From assembly GCF_048403405.1 (NCBI RefSeq), contig NZ_CP183129.1: a stretch of 64,000 bases of DNA; one strand, 5' to 3'. Of this stretch, positions 33,605 through 49,886 are shown one piece after another (position 1 is the stretch's first letter; every line of letters begins with the position of its first letter). The stretch is from Escherichia coli (GTDB lineage Bacteria; Pseudomonadota; Gammaproteobacteria; Enterobacterales; Enterobacteriaceae). The position numbers were made by a program, and so were the translations under genes. A model generated the notes under the pieces. It was given only the letters and a program-made list of their open reading frames with translations, made no database searches and was not told the origin of the DNA.

Positions 33605-35251
33605 TCAGGATTTTTTCTTCTCGCGGCTATGCAGGCCACGTTTTTCCAGACCACGGTAAATCAGCTGCTGCTGAATAATGGTTACCAGGTTGCTGACGAT
33701 ATAGTACAGCACCAGACCTGACGGGAACCACAGGAAGAACACGGTGAAGATGACCGGCATAAAGGTCATGATCTTCTGCTGCATCGGGTCGGTCACAGTG
33801 GTCGGCGACATCTTCTGAATGAAGAACATCGTTACGCCCATCAGGATCGGCAGGATGTAGTACGGGTCCTGTGCAGACAGGTCGTGGATCCACAATGCAA
33901 ACGGTGCCTGACGCAGTTCAACGGAACCCATCAGCATGTAGTACAACGCCAGGAAGATTGGCATCTGGATCAGCAGCGGGAAGCAGCCGCCCAGCGGGTT
34001 AACCTTCTCAGCTTTGTACAGCGCCATCATTTCCTGACTGATACGCTGTTTGTCATCGCCCAGACGCTCACGCATTGCCTGAATCTTCGGCTGCAGCATA
34101 CGCATCTTCGCCATGGAGGTGTACTGCGCTTTGGTCAGCGGGTACATGATGCCACGAACGATAAAGGTGATGATGATAATGGAGAAGCCCCAGTTACCCA
34201 CAAAGCTATGGATCCATTTCAGCAGTTTGAACAGCGGCTGAGAGATGAACCACAACCAACCGTAATCAACGGTCAGATCCAGGTGCGGAGCAACAGCTGC
34301 CATTTTGTCCTGGATTTCCGGGCCAACCCACAGGGTGCTGTTCATCGCGCCAGTCTGACCAGGCTGAACCAGTACCGGCTGAGATTTATAGCCGATAGCG
34401 GCGATGCCGTTACCCAGATTAGCGGTATAGAAGTTATTGGTACCGTCGTTATGCGGGATCCACGCCGTCGCGAAATACTGTTGCAGCATCGCCACCCAAC
34501 CACCTTTCGAAGAGATGTTCAGGTTTTCGTTATCGGCAATGGTATCGAACTTGTATTTCTCGTACTTCTCGTCAGGCGTGGAGTACGCCGCGCCGCGGAA
34601 GGTGTGCAGTGCGAAGTTGCTGCTTCCGGTATCGAGATGCGGTGGCAGAGTGATGGATTGCTTCAACTGACCAAAGGTGGAGATCTCCAGCGGTTTCTCG
34701 CCAGCGTTCTGCACGTTGTAGTTGACGTTGACAGCGTAATCACCACGTTTCAGGACAAACGTTTTGGTAAACGTGTTGCCTGCCGCGTCGGTATACGTCA
34801 TCGGCACCTGCAGTTCGTTTTGACCTTCAGCCAGCACATAAGCGTCTTTTTCAACGTTATACAGCGGACGCGGGCCGTTAGCCGGGTTATCCGGGCCATC
34901 ACGACCGGTCAGACCGCTCTGTGCCTGATAAATAAACTGCGGTGAAGTTTCCAGCAGCTGGAACGGCTGGGTAGAGTTCAGCTCTTTCGGGTAAGCAGGC
35001 AGCAGAGCTTGCTCAACATCACCACCACGGGTGTTGATGGTCAGATCAAGCACGTCGGTCTTAACCGAGATCAGTTTCCCCTGGCCACTGGCCGGTACGC
35101 CCTGGTCGGCGGCGCTACCCGCTGCGGTGGTCGTTGTCTGCGTGGTCTGTTGGGCCTGAGGTTGCGGGTTTTTATCCTGCTCCCAGGCTTGCCAGATCAT
35201 GAAAGACACGAACAGCAAAGCGATGACTAAAAGATTGCGTTGCGAATCCAT
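33605..35251 (-). CDS. yidC: Membrane protein insertase
   Basis: 548 aa with large periplasmic domain and C-terminal TM bundle; synteny. Confidence 0.96.
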
Positions 35252-35253
35252 CG

Positions 35254-35511
35254 TTAGTGTTCTCTGGTATCAAATGGTCCGGGCGGGACGGGATCGTCAC
35301 CACCAGGGTGTAAAGGGTGGCATTTTAATACGCGTTTCACCGTCAACCAACTGCCTTTTATCACTCCAAACCTGCGCAATGCCTCAATTCCGTAGCTTGA
35401 ACAGGTTGGAGTGAAACGACAATGCGGCCCGAGTAGCGGACTAATCAGGCGTTGATAGACCCGAATGAGGGCTATCAGGACCCGCGAGCCAGGCGACAGT
35501 GGCGGCGCCAT
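35254..35511 (-). CDS. yidD: Membrane protein insertion efficiency factor
   Basis: 85 aa; overlaps the rnpA 3' end by 37 nt. Confidence 0.9.
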
Positions 35512-35834
35512 AATTTTTCCAACGCTTCCGAGAGAGCACGGTTATCGAGGTCGGCAACCCCTTTTTTCGCCACCACCACGAAATCCATAGCCGGGAGTTC
35601 ATGTTGGCGCAGACGGAAGCTTTCACGCGTCAGACGTTTAATCCGATTGCGTTCATGGGCGCGTCGAACGTTTTTCTTGGCGACTGTAAGACCGATACGG
35701 GGATGCCCCAGCGAATTCAGGCGGCCGAGAATGGTAATTTGCGGCGTGCCAGCCCGTTGTGGCTGCTGGAAGACGAATGTGAATTGACTGGGAGTTAACA
35801 AGCGTAACTCCCTGGGAAATGCGAGCTTAACCAC
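35475..35834 (-). CDS. rnpA: RNase P protein component
   Basis: 119 aa basic protein directly downstream of rpmH. Confidence 0.95.
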
Positions 35835-35850
35835 TCAGGGGTTAGCTTTA

Positions 35851-36003
<153 letters not shown>

Positions 36004-36239
36004 CTAAACTTGAATAAATTCAATGGCTTTATTGGATATCCGCCGAAAAATGAAACGATGGACACCGAAGCCATGGGTGATTAAAGAGGCCGGATTGTAA
36101 TAATTGTACACTCCGGAGTCAATTCTCTTTCCTTATTTACCGCGCTTTTCCGCACCTTTTCGCAGGGAAAATGTACGACCTCACACCAGTGAAAACCAGC
36201 ATGGCGCGCCGGGTGGAGGATTATACGGGCTGACGGGTA

Positions 36240-36480
36240 AAGCGCAAGGATCGTCCTGGATCTTTATTAGATCGATTAAGCCAATTTTTGTCTATGGTCA
36301 TTAAATTTTCCAATATGCGGCGTAAATCGTGCCCGCCTCGCGGCAGGATCGTTTACACTTAGCGAGTTCTGGAAAGTCCTGTGGATAAATCGGGAAAATC
36401 TGTGAGAAACAGAAGATCTCTTGCGCAGTTTAGGCTATGATCCGCGGTCCCGATCGTTTTGCAGGATCTTGATCGGGCAT
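36240..36480 (+). promoter_or_regulatory. dnaA promoter region with DnaA box and GATC cluster
   Basis: TGTGGATAA (reverse complement TTATCCACA) at 36380-36388; eight or more GATC sites across 36249-36474, four of them within 36439-36474. Confidence 0.85.
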
Positions 36481-36597
36481 ATAACCGCAGACAGCGGTTC
36501 GTGCGTCACCCTCATGCAGGGTCTTTTCGACGTACGTCAACAATCATGAATGTTTCAGCCTTAGTCATTATCGACTTTTGTTCGAGTGGAGTCCGCC

Positions 36598-38001
36598 GTG
36601 TCACTTTCGCTTTGGCAGCAGTGTCTTGCCCGATTGCAGGATGAGTTACCAGCCACAGAATTCAGTATGTGGATACGCCCATTGCAGGCGGAACTGAGCG
36701 ATAACACGCTGGCCCTGTACGCGCCAAATCGTTTTGTCCTCGATTGGGTACGGGACAAGTACCTTAATAATATCAATGGACTGCTAACCAGTTTCTGCGG
36801 AGCGGATGCCCCACAGCTGCGTTTTGAAGTCGGCACCAAACCGGTGACGCAAACGCCACAAGCGGCAGTGACGAGCAACGTCGCGGCCCCTGCACAGGTG
36901 GCGCAAACGCAGCCGCAACGTGCTGCGTCTTCTACGCGCTCAGGTTGGGATAACGTCCCGGCCCCGGCAGAACCGACCTATCGTTCTAACGTAAACGTCA
37001 AACACACGTTTGATAACTTCGTTGAAGGTAAATCTAACCAACTGGCGCGCGCGGCGGCTCGCCAGGTGGCAGATAACCCTGGCGGTGCCTATAACCCGTT
37101 GTTCCTTTATGGCGGCACGGGTCTGGGTAAAACTCACCTGCTGCATGCGGTGGGTAACGGCATTATGGCGCGCAAGCCGAATGCCAAAGTGGTTTATATG
37201 CACTCCGAGCGCTTTGTTCAGGACATGGTTAAAGCCCTGCAAAACAACGCGATCGAAGAGTTTAAACGCTACTACCGTTCCGTAGATGCACTGCTGATCG
37301 ACGATATTCAGTTTTTTGCTAATAAAGAACGATCTCAGGAAGAGTTTTTCCACACCTTCAACGCCCTGCTGGAAGGTAATCAACAGATCATTCTCACCTC
37401 GGATCGCTATCCGAAAGAGATCAACGGCGTTGAGGATCGTTTGAAATCCCGCTTCGGCTGGGGGCTGACTGTGGCGATCGAACCGCCAGAGCTGGAAACC
37501 CGCGTGGCGATCCTGATGAAAAAGGCCGACGAAAACGACATTCGTTTGCCGGGCGAAGTGGCGTTCTTTATCGCCAAGCGTCTACGATCTAACGTACGTG
37601 AGCTGGAAGGCGCGCTGAACCGCGTTATTGCTAACGCCAACTTTACCGGACGGGCGATCACCATCGACTTCGTGCGTGAGGCGCTGCGCGACTTGCTGGC
37701 ATTGCAGGAAAAACTGGTCACCATCGACAATATTCAGAAGACGGTGGCGGAGTACTACAAGATCAAAGTCGCGGATCTCCTTTCCAAGCGTCGATCCCGC
37801 TCGGTGGCGCGTCCGCGCCAGATGGCGATGGCGCTGGCGAAAGAGCTGACTAACCACAGTCTGCCGGAGATTGGCGATGCGTTTGGTGGCCGTGACCACA
37901 CGACGGTGCTTCATGCCTGCCGTAAGATCGAGCAGCTGCGTGAAGAGAGCCACGATATCAAAGAAGATTTTTCCAATTTAATCAGAACATTGTCATCGTA
38001 A
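36598..38001 (+). CDS. dnaA: Chromosomal replication initiator protein
   Basis: GTG start, begins [24 protein letters not shown]+ Walker [11 protein letters not shown]; 467 aa. Confidence 0.97.
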   Translation: MSLSLWQQCLARLQDELPATEFSMWIRPLQAELSDNTLALYAPNRFVLDWVRDKYLNNINGLLTSFCGADAPQLRFEVGTKPVTQTPQAAVTSNVAAPAQVAQTQPQRAASSTRSGWDNVPAPAEPTYRSNVNVKHTFDNFVEGKSNQLARAAARQVADNPGGAYNPLFLYGGTGLGKTHLLHAVGNGIMARKPNAKVVYMHSERFVQDMVKALQNNAIEEFKRYYRSVDALLIDDIQFFANKERSQEEFFHTFNALLEGNQQIILTSDRYPKEINGVEDRLKSRFGWGLTVAIEPPELETRVAILMKKADENDIRLPGEVAFFIAKRLRSNVRELEGALNRVIANANFTGRAITIDFVREALRDLLALQEKLVTIDNIQKTVAEYYKIKVADLLSKRRSRSVARPRQMAMALAKELTNHSLPEIGDAFGGRDHTTVLHACRKIEQLREESHDIKEDFSNLIRTLSS

Positions 38002-38005
38002 ACCT

Positions 38006-39105
38006 ATGAAATTTACCGTAGAACGTGAGCATTTATTAAAACCGCTACAACAGGTGAGCGGGCCGTTAGGTGGTCGTCCTACGCTACCGATTCTCGGTAA
38101 TCTGCTGTTACAGGTTGCTGACGGTACGTTGTCGCTGACCGGTACTGATCTCGAGATGGAAATGGTGGCACGCGTTGCGCTGGTTCAGCCACACGAACCA
38201 GGGGCGACGACCGTTCCGGCGCGCAAATTCTTTGATATCTGCCGTGGTCTGCCTGAAGGCGCGGAAATTGCCGTGCAGCTGGAAGGTGAGCGTATGCTGG
38301 TGCGCTCCGGGCGTAGCCGTTTTTCGCTGTCTACCCTGCCAGCCGCGGATTTCCCGAACCTCGATGACTGGCAGAGCGAAGTCGAATTTACCCTGCCGCA
38401 GGCGACGATGAAGCGTCTGATTGAAGCGACCCAGTTTTCTATGGCGCATCAGGACGTTCGCTATTACTTAAACGGTATGCTGTTTGAAACCGAAGGCGAA
38501 GAACTGCGCACCGTGGCGACCGACGGCCACCGCCTGGCGGTCTGCTCCATGCCAATTGGTCAATCTTTGCCAAGCCATTCGGTGATCGTGCCGCGTAAAG
38601 GCGTGATTGAACTGATGCGTATGCTCGACGGCGGCGACAATCCGCTGCGCGTGCAGATTGGCAGCAACAACATTCGCGCCCACGTTGGCGACTTTATCTT
38701 CACCTCGAAACTGGTGGATGGTCGCTTCCCGGATTACCGACGCGTTCTGCCGAAGAACCCAGACAAACATCTGGAAGCAGGCTGCGATCTCCTCAAGCAG
38801 GCGTTTGCTCGCGCGGCAATTCTCTCTAACGAGAAATTCCGCGGTGTGCGCCTGTATGTCAGCGAAAACCAGCTGAAAATCACCGCCAATAACCCGGAAC
38901 AGGAAGAAGCGGAAGAGATCCTCGACGTTACCTATAGCGGTGCGGAGATGGAAATCGGCTTCAACGTCAGCTATGTGCTGGATGTTCTGAACGCGCTGAA
39001 ATGTGAAAACGTGCGCATGATGCTGACCGATTCGGTTTCCAGCGTGCAGATTGAAGATGCCGCATCACAGTCGGCTGCCTATGTTGTCATGCCAATGAGA
39101 CTGTA

Positions 39106-39106
<1 letters not shown>
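38006..39106 (+). CDS. dnaN: DNA polymerase III beta sliding clamp
   Basis: 366 aa, [17 protein letters not shown]. Confidence 0.97.
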
Positions 39107-42622
<3,516 letters not shown>

Positions 42623-42642
42623 TGACGTTAACAATGCGAGCG

Positions 42643-42741
42643 TGCCTGATGCGCTACGCTTATCAGGCCTACGAGACTCGTGCAATATATTGAATTTGCA
42701 TGATTTTGTAGGCCGGATCAGACGTTAACGCCGCATCCGGC
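42643..42741. repeat. REP elements (BIME) downstream of gyrB
   Basis: Two REP palindromes in opposite orientation: GCCTGATGCGCTACGCTTATCAGGCCTAC and GTAGGCCGGATCAGACGTTAACGCCGCATCCGGCA. Confidence 0.75.
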
Positions 42742-42766
42742 AAGAAGCTATAAGAAAAGGGCGGAG

Positions 42767-42789
42767 ATCATCTTCGCCCTTTTTATTTC
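42767..42789 (+). terminator. Intrinsic terminator after the gyrB/BIME region
   Basis: GGGCGGAGATCATCTTCGCCC hairpin followed by TTTTTATTT. Confidence 0.65.
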
Positions 42790-42861
42790 TGCAATCCGCA
42801 ATTATCATCCCGCAGATCTATACTTTTTGAGTCAACACGTAACGCTTTACAGGTGATTATC

Positions 42862-43260
42862 ATGGGGCTTTTTGATGAAGTTGTCGGTGCCTTTCTGAAA
42901 GGCGATGCGGGGAAATATCAGGCCATTTTGAGCTGGGTTGAGGAGCAGGGCGGCATTCAGGTGCTGCTGGAAAAACTGCAAAGTGGCGGTTTAGGTGCCA
43001 TTCTCTCAACCTGGCTGAGTAATCAACAGGGCAACCAACCAGTTAGCGGCGAGCAACTGGAATCAGCGCTCGGCACAAATGCGGTGTCCGATCTCGGGCA
43101 AAAACTGGGCGTGGATACCAGTACAGCTTCCAGTTTACTGGCAGAACAATTGCCGAAGATTATTGATGCACTCTCACCGCAAGGTGAAGTGACAACACAA
43201 GCCAATAACGATCTGCTTTCCGCAGGCATGGAACTGCTGAAAGGGAAACTCTTCCGCTAA
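42862..43260 (+). CDS. yidB: Conserved protein YidB (DUF937)
   Basis: Begins MGLFDEVVGAFLKGDAG; synteny. Confidence 0.85.
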   Translation: MGLFDEVVGAFLKGDAGKYQAILSWVEEQGGIQVLLEKLQSGGLGAILSTWLSNQQGNQPVSGEQLESALGTNAVSDLGQKLGVDTSTASSLLAEQLPKIIDALSPQGEVTTQANNDLLSAGMELLKGKLFR

Positions 43261-43373
43261 GCAAAAGGGGAGCATGCAACGCGCGTTGCATCCCCCTTTC
43301 CCTCGGGTGTTGTACTGATTTTTGAGCGGAATCGCGTTAGCATGGGTCAGGAACCAATCTACCTGGGGAACTC

Positions 43374-44186
43374 ATGGCTATCAAACTCATTGCTATCGAT
43401 ATGGATGGCACCCTTCTGCTGCCCGATCACACCATTTCACCTGCCGTTAAAAATGCGATTGCTGCAGCTCGCGCCCGTGGCGTGAATGTCGTGCTAACGA
43501 CGGGTCGCCCTTATGCAGGTGTTCACAATTACCTGAAAGAGCTGCATATGGAACAGCCGGGCGACTACTGCATTACTTACAACGGTGCGCTGGTGCAGAA
43601 GGCCGCTGATGGTAGCACCGTGGCGCAAACCGCTCTCAGCTATGACGACTACCGTTTCCTGGAAAAACTCTCTCGCGAAGTCGGTTCTCATTTCCACGCC
43701 CTGGACCGCACCACGCTGTATACAGCAAATCGCGATATCAGCTACTACACGGTGCATGAATCCTTCGTTGCCACCATTCCGCTGGTGTTCTGCGAAGCGG
43801 AGAAAATGGACCCCAATACCCAGTTCCTGAAAGTGATGATGATTGATGAACCCGCCATCCTCGACCAGGCTATCGCGCGTATTCCGCAGGAAGTGAAAGA
43901 GAAATATACCGTGCTGAAAAGTGCGCCGTACTTCCTCGAAATCCTCGATAAACGTGTTAACAAGGGTACGGGTGTGAAATCACTGGCCGACGTGTTAGGT
44001 ATTAAACCGGAAGAAATCATGGCGATTGGCGATCAGGAAAACGACATCGCAATGATTGAATATGCAGGCGTCGGTGTGGCGATGGATAACGCTATTCCTT
44101 CGGTGAAAGAAGTGGCGAACTTTGTCACCAAATCTAACCTTGAAGATGGCGTGGCGTTTGCTATTGAGAAATATGTGCTGAATTAA
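43374..44186 (+). CDS. yidA: Sugar phosphatase, HAD/Cof family
   Basis: 270 aa; motif I IAIDMDGTLL; synteny. Confidence 0.92.
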   Translation: MAIKLIAIDMDGTLLLPDHTISPAVKNAIAAARARGVNVVLTTGRPYAGVHNYLKELHMEQPGDYCITYNGALVQKAADGSTVAQTALSYDDYRFLEKLSREVGSHFHALDRTTLYTANRDISYYTVHESFVATIPLVFCEAEKMDPNTQFLKVMMIDEPAILDQAIARIPQEVKEKYTVLKSAPYFLEILDKRVNKGTGVKSLADVLGIKPEEIMAIGDQENDIAMIEYAGVGVAMDNAIPSVKEVANFVTKSNLEDGVAFAIEKYVLN

Positions 44187-44229
44187 ACAGTGGGCGGGCA
44201 AACTGCATAAACGCGTTTGCCCGCAGCGA

Positions 44230-44886
44230 TTAACAATTTCTGGTAGTGCATAAAATCAGGAACTGGAGTGGTGACGTTACTATATCCAGCGTAAGAGTGA
44301 CTGGCAGCAGCGCATTAACGAGGCCGCGCGGGACGCCATCTGTTGCTTTGTACTCATAAAATCCCACCGTAAAGGGTTGATGGAAAACCATCACGTTTGA
44401 GTAATCCGCTTTTTTATTTTTCTGGTGGATTGAGCCTTTCAAACCGTCCAGCATCCATGTACAACGCCGGGTATCACAAATAAAACCATATTGTGTTGCC
44501 AGTGCCTTATCTTCTTCGTTGTTCCAGTCGTAATAGAGCGTAATAGCACCAGAGAATTTCTTATTACTGCTGCTTAAAATAAATTTCGCGTTATCAGAAA
44601 CGGTGATTCTTTCACCATGAATTGCCGGATCGTTCAGCATTTTAACCACCTCACCGCCGCCGGTGGTCAACAGATAGTCCAACGATTCACCAACAAAAAC
44701 ATAGCCTTTCGTACCGTTACTATCTTCTGCCAGCGATAAACCCTTAATCGTGTCTGACCGCCATTGCTCGGCATGTGGACGGCTTGCAGTATTGGAAACC
44801 AATCCCCAGGTGATACATCCGGTCAACGCAAATGCCAAAGAACACAAACCGGCAGCCTTAAAAAATCCCTTAAAATTCAACTTCAT
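44230..44886 (-). CDS. yidX: Putative lipoprotein
   Basis: Start set at [24 protein letters not shown] (lipobox); the track ORF extends upstream to 45003. Confidence 0.8.
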   Translation of the reverse strand: MKLNFKGFFKAAGLCSLAFALTGCITWGLVSNTASRPHAEQWRSDTIKGLSLAEDSNGTKGYVFVGESLDYLLTTGGGEVVKMLNDPAIHGERITVSDNAKFILSSSNKKFSGAITLYYDWNNEEDKALATQYGFICDTRRCTWMLDGLKGSIHQKNKKADYSNVMVFHQPFTVGFYEYKATDGVPRGLVNALLPVTLTLDIVTSPLQFLILCTTRNC

Positions 44887-45163
44887 GATTAATCCTTTAA
44901 ACGAGTAGCTAAGCCGTTGAAAGCATACTCTTCTTTCCCTCCTGTTTAGCGCCTGTTCTCCCTTTTCAGATTTCTGCCCGACGCATGTCATTTTTTTATG
45001 CATTGTTCTTTTTGTGATCTAAATTGTAGTACAACAATATAATTTTGTACTACATTACGCACACGGCAAACGCGAACGTCATCACGCTGGTACTACAAAG
45101 TTGCCGCGTTATGCATCGATCGGGGTAAAGTAGAGAAGAACATACAGAGCACAAGGACTCTCC

Positions 45164-45853
45164 ATGACTCTCAATAAAACCGATCGCATCGTCATTACGC
45201 TGGGCAAACAGATCGTTCACGGCAAATACGTGCCAGGCTCGCCGCTTCCGGCTGAGGCGGAACTCTGTGAGGAGTTTGCAACCTCGCGCAACATCATCCG
45301 TGAGGTGTTCCGCTCGCTGATGGCGAAGCGGCTGATTGAAATGAAACGTTATCGCGGCGCGTTTGTGGCACCGCGTAACCAGTGGAATTACCTCGACACT
45401 GACGTACTGCAATGGGTGCTGGAAAACGACTACGACCCACGACTTATCAGTGCCATGAGCGAAGTGCGAAATCTGGTGGAACCGGCGATTGCCCGTTGGG
45501 CAGCAGAGCGCGCGACTTCCAGCGATCTGGCGCAGATTGAATCGGCGCTGAACGAGATGATTGCCAACAATCAGGACCGCGAAGCGTTTAACGAAGCGGA
45601 TATTCGCTACCACGAGGCGGTGCTGCAGTCGGTGCATAACCCGGTGTTACAGCAACTTAGCATTGCGATCAGTTCGCTGCAGCGGGCGGTTTTTGAACGA
45701 ACCTGGATGGGCGATGAGGCCAACATGCCGCAAACGCTCCAGGAACATAAGGCGCTGTTCGATGCGATACGGCATCAGGACGGCGATGCGGCAGAGCAGG
45801 CGGCGCTTACCATGATCGCCAGCTCGACACGAAGGTTAAAGGAAATCACATGA
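45164..45853 (+). CDS. dgoR: GntR/FadR-family repressor of the D-galactonate operon
   Basis: 229 aa; first gene of dgoRKADT. Confidence 0.93.
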   Translation: MTLNKTDRIVITLGKQIVHGKYVPGSPLPAEAELCEEFATSRNIIREVFRSLMAKRLIEMKRYRGAFVAPRNQWNYLDTDVLQWVLENDYDPRLISAMSEVRNLVEPAIARWAAERATSSDLAQIESALNEMIANNQDREAFNEADIRYHEAVLQSVHNPVLQQLSIAISSLQRAVFERTWMGDEANMPQTLQEHKALFDAIRHQDGDAAEQAALTMIASSTRRLKEIT

Positions 45854-46728
45854 CAGCTCGCTACATCGCAATTGACTGGGGATCGACCAATCTGCGCGCC
45901 TGGCTTTATCAGGGCGACTACTGCCTGGAGAGCAGGCAATCAGAAGCAGGCGTCACGCGCCTGAACGGAAAATCTCCGGCTGCGGTGTTAGCAGAAGTGA
46001 CGACCGACTGGCGTGAAGAGAATACGCCAGTGGTAATGGCAGGAATGGTCGGCAGCAATGTCGGCTGGAAAGTCGCGCCGTATTTATCCGTTCCTGCCCG
46101 TTTTTCGTCTATTGGCGAACAATTAACGTCGGTTGGCGACAATATCTGGATTATTCCCGGATTATGCGTCTCTCATGACGATAACCACAATGTGATGCGC
46201 GGCGAAGAAACACAATTGATCGGCGCGCGCACTTTGGCTCCTTCCTCTCTTTATGTTATGCCCGGAACCCATTGCAAATGGGTGCAGGCCGATAGCCAGC
46301 AAATCAACGATTTTCGCACCGTAATGACCGGTGAATTACATCATTTACTGTTAAATCACTCATTGATTGGCGCAGGTTTGCCGCCGCAGGAAAACTCTGC
46401 CGATGCCTTCGTGGCTGGCCTTGAGCGTGGCCTTAATGCGCCCGCCATATTGCCGCAGCTTTTTGAAGTTCGCGCCTCGCATGTGCTGGGAACGCTTCCC
46501 CGCGAACAGGTCAGCGAATTTCTCTCTGGTTTGTTGATTGGCGCAGAGGTTGCCAGTATGCGCGACTATGTGGCCCATCAACACGCCATCACCCTTGTCG
46601 CCGGAACATCGCTGACCGCGCGCTACCAGCAAGCCTTTCAGGCGATGGGTTGCGACGTGGCGGCGGTGGCGGGCGACACGGCATTTCAGGCTGGTATAAG
46701 GAGCATCGCTCATGCAGTGGCAAACTAA
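45850..46728 (+). CDS. dgoK: 2-dehydro-3-deoxygalactonokinase
   Basis: 292 aa; start overlaps the dgoR stop. Confidence 0.93.
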   Translation: MTARYIAIDWGSTNLRAWLYQGDYCLESRQSEAGVTRLNGKSPAAVLAEVTTDWREENTPVVMAGMVGSNVGWKVAPYLSVPARFSSIGEQLTSVGDNIWIIPGLCVSHDDNHNVMRGEETQLIGARTLAPSSLYVMPGTHCKWVQADSQQINDFRTVMTGELHHLLLNHSLIGAGLPPQENSADAFVAGLERGLNAPAILPQLFEVRASHVLGTLPREQVSEFLSGLLIGAEVASMRDYVAHQHAITLVAGTSLTARYQQAFQAMGCDVAAVAGDTAFQAGIRSIAHAVAN

Positions 46729-47329
46729 ACTCCCGCTGATCGCCATTTTGCGCGGCATTACGCCCGACGAGGCGCTGGCGCATGTTGGCGCGGTGATTGA
46801 CGCCGGGTTCGACGCGGTTGAAATCCCGCTGAATTCCCCACAATGGGAGCAGAGCATTCCCGCCATCGTTGATGCGTATGGCGACAAGGCGTTGATTGGC
46901 GCAGGTACGGTACTGAAACCTGAACAGGTCGATGTGCTCGCCAGGATGGGCTGCCAGCTCATCGTTACGCCCAATATCCATAGTGAAGTGATCCGCCGTG
47001 CGGTGGGCTACGGCATGACCGTTTGCCCCGGCTGCGCGACGGCGACCGAAGCCTTTACCGCGCTCGACGCGGGTGCGCAGGCGCTGAAAATATTCCCTTC
47101 ATCGGCTTTTGGTCCGCAATACATCAAAGCGTTAAAAGCGGTATTACCACCGGACATCGCAGTCTTTGCCGTTGGCGGCGTGACGCCAGAAAACCTGGCG
47201 CAGTGGATAGACGCAGGTTGTGCAGGGGCAGGCTTAGGCAGCGATCTCTATCGCGCCGGGCAGTCCGTAGAACGCACCGCGCAGCAGGCAGCAGCATTTG
47301 TTAAGGCGTATCGAGAGGCAGTGCAATGA
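46712..47329 (+). CDS. dgoA: 2-dehydro-3-deoxy-6-phosphogalactonate aldolase
   Basis: 205 aa; overlaps dgoK. Confidence 0.93.
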   Translation: MQWQTKLPLIAILRGITPDEALAHVGAVIDAGFDAVEIPLNSPQWEQSIPAIVDAYGDKALIGAGTVLKPEQVDVLARMGCQLIVTPNIHSEVIRRAVGYGMTVCPGCATATEAFTALDAGAQALKIFPSSAFGPQYIKALKAVLPPDIAVFAVGGVTPENLAQWIDAGCAGAGLGSDLYRAGQSVERTAQQAAAFVKAYREAVQ

Positions 47330-48474
47330 AAATCACCAAAATTACCACGTATCGTTTACCTCCCCGCTGGATGTTCCTGAAAATTGAAACCGATGAAGGC
47401 GTGGTCGGCTGGGGCGAGCCCGTGATCGAAGGCCGCGCCCGTACAGTGGAAGCGGCAGTTCACGAACTGAGCGACTATTTGATTGGTCAGGATCCATCGC
47501 GCATCAATGATTTATGGCAAGTGATGTATCGCGCCGGATTTTATCGTGGCGGTCCAATCCTGATGAGCGCCATCGCCGGTATCGACCAGGCGTTATGGGA
47601 TATCAAAGGCAAAGTGCTGAATGCGCCGGTGTGGCAACTGATGGGCGGCCTGGTTCGCGACAAAATTAAAGCCTACAGTTGGGTCGGCGGCGATCGTCCG
47701 GCGGATGTTATCGACGGCATTAAAACCCTGCGCGAAATCGGCTTCGATACCTTCAAACTGAACGGTTGTGAAGAACTGGGGCTAATTGATAACTCCCGCG
47801 CGGTAGATGCGGCAGTCAACACCGTGGCACAAATTCGTGAAGCTTTTGGCAATCAGATTGAGTTTGGTCTTGATTTCCACGGTCGCGTCAGCGCGCCGAT
47901 GGCGAAAGTGCTGATTAAAGAACTGGAGCCGTATCGCCCACTGTTTATTGAAGAACCGGTGCTGGCGGAACAAGCCGAATACTACCCGAAACTGGCGGCA
48001 CAAACGCATATTCCACTGGCGGCGGGTGAGCGCATGTTCTCACGCTTCGATTTTAAACGCGTGCTGGAAGCTGGCGGTATTTCGATTCTGCAACCGGATC
48101 TCTCCCACGCGGGCGGTATTACCGAATGCTACAAAATTGCCGGAATGGCAGAAGCCTATGACGTGACCCTTGCGCCGCACTGTCCGCTCGGACCGATTGC
48201 ACTGGCGGCTTGCCTGCATATCGACTTTGTTTCCTATAACGCCGTACTTCAGGAACAAAGTATGGGCATTCATTACAACAAAGGCGCGGAGTTACTCGAC
48301 TTTGTGAAAAACAAAGAAGACTTCAGCATGGTCGGCGGTTTCTTTAAACCATTAACGAAACCGGGCTTAGGCGTGGAAATCGACGAAGCTAAAGTTATTG
48401 AGTTCAGTAAAAATGCCCCGGACTGGCGTAATCCGCTCTGGCGTCATGAAGATAACAGCGTAGCAGAGTGGTAA
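47326..48474 (+). CDS. dgoD: D-galactonate dehydratase
   Basis: 382 aa enolase-superfamily protein. Confidence 0.95.
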   Translation: MKITKITTYRLPPRWMFLKIETDEGVVGWGEPVIEGRARTVEAAVHELSDYLIGQDPSRINDLWQVMYRAGFYRGGPILMSAIAGIDQALWDIKGKVLNAPVWQLMGGLVRDKIKAYSWVGGDRPADVIDGIKTLREIGFDTFKLNGCEELGLIDNSRAVDAAVNTVAQIREAFGNQIEFGLDFHGRVSAPMAKVLIKELEPYRPLFIEEPVLAEQAEYYPKLAAQTHIPLAAGERMFSRFDFKRVLEAGGISILQPDLSHAGGITECYKIAGMAEAYDVTLAPHCPLGPIALAACLHIDFVSYNAVLQEQSMGIHYNKGAELLDFVKNKEDFSMVGGFFKPLTKPGLGVEIDEAKVIEFSKNAPDWRNPLWRHEDNSVAEW

Positions 48475-48593
48475 TTCCTGCCACGTAAGCCCCTCATCGG
48501 GCACTAAAACAGTAATACAAAAATATAACCCTCTGTAAATTACAGGGCATGGTGAGCGGCTTCGCTATGCCCAAAATCTGGAGAAAGCTCGCT

Positions 48594-49886
48594 ATGGATA
48601 TTCCCGTTAATGCAGCAAAGCCGGGGCGTCGGCGTTATCTGACGCTGGTGATGATCTTTATTACGGTGGTCATTTGTTATGTTGACCGCGCTAACCTGGC
48701 CGTGGCTTCCGCCCATATTCAGGAAGAGTTCGGTATTACGAAAGCGGAAATGGGCTATGTATTTTCGGCCTTCGCCTGGCTTTATACGTTATGCCAGATC
48801 CCCGGCGGTTGGTTCTTAGATCGCGTAGGTTCACGCGTGACTTATTTTATTGCGATATTTGGCTGGTCAGTGGCGACTTTATTCCAGGGCTTTGCCACGG
48901 GATTAATGTCATTAATTGGTCTGCGCGCGATAACCGGTATTTTCGAAGCGCCCGCTTTCCCGACCAATAACCGGATGGTGACCAGCTGGTTCCCGGAACA
49001 TGAACGCGCTTCCGCCGTTGGTTTTTATACGTCTGGTCAGTTTGTCGGTCTGGCGTTTCTGACTCCGCTGCTGATCTGGATTCAGGAAATGTTGAGCTGG
49101 CACTGGGTGTTCATTGTCACTGGTGGTATCGGCATTATCTGGTCGCTGATTTGGTTTAAGGTTTATCAGCCGCCGCGCCTGACTAAAGGCATCAGCAAAG
49201 CTGAACTGGATTACATTCGTGATGGCGGCGGTCTGGTGGATGGTGATGCGCCGGTGAAGAAAGAGGCGCGTCAGCCGTTAACAGCCAAAGACTGGAAACT
49301 GGTGTTCCATCGTAAACTGATCGGCGTCTATCTTGGGCAATTTGCGGTGGCTTCTACACTGTGGTTTTTCTTAACCTGGTTCCCGAACTATTTAACCCAG
49401 GAAAAAGGAATCACGGCGCTGAAAGCAGGCTTTATGACCACGGTGCCATTCCTCGCGGCGTTTGTCGGCGTCCTGCTCTCTGGCTGGGTCGCGGATCTGC
49501 TGGTACGTAAGGGCTTTTCACTGGGCTTTGCGCGTAAAACGCCGATTATCTGCGGCTTGCTGATCTCCACCTGCATTATGGGCGCTAACTACACCAACGA
49601 TCCGATGATGATTATGTGCCTGATGGCGCTGGCATTCTTCGGTAACGGTTTTGCTTCGATTACCTGGTCGCTGGTCTCTTCTCTGGCACCGATGCGCCTG
49701 ATTGGTTTAACCGGCGGCGTGTTTAACTTTGCCGGTGGTCTGGGCGGCATCACCGTTCCGCTGGTGGTGGGGTACCTGGCGCAGGGTTACGGTTTCGCAC
49801 CTGCACTGGTTTATATCTCCGCCGTCGCGTTGATTGGCGCGCTCTCTTACATCCTGCTGGTGGGCGATGTGAAGCGCGTTGGCTAA
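48594..49886 (+). CDS. dgoT: D-galactonate:H+ symporter (MFS)
   Basis: Start set at [16 protein letters not shown] (430 aa); the track ORF starts at 48549. Confidence 0.92.

Noticed and set aside
36240-36600. DnaA box and GATC cluster as the replication origin oriC
   Set aside because: Only one clear DnaA box and no AT-rich 13-mer array; this matches the dnaA promoter. oriC lies between mnmG and mioC, outside this window.
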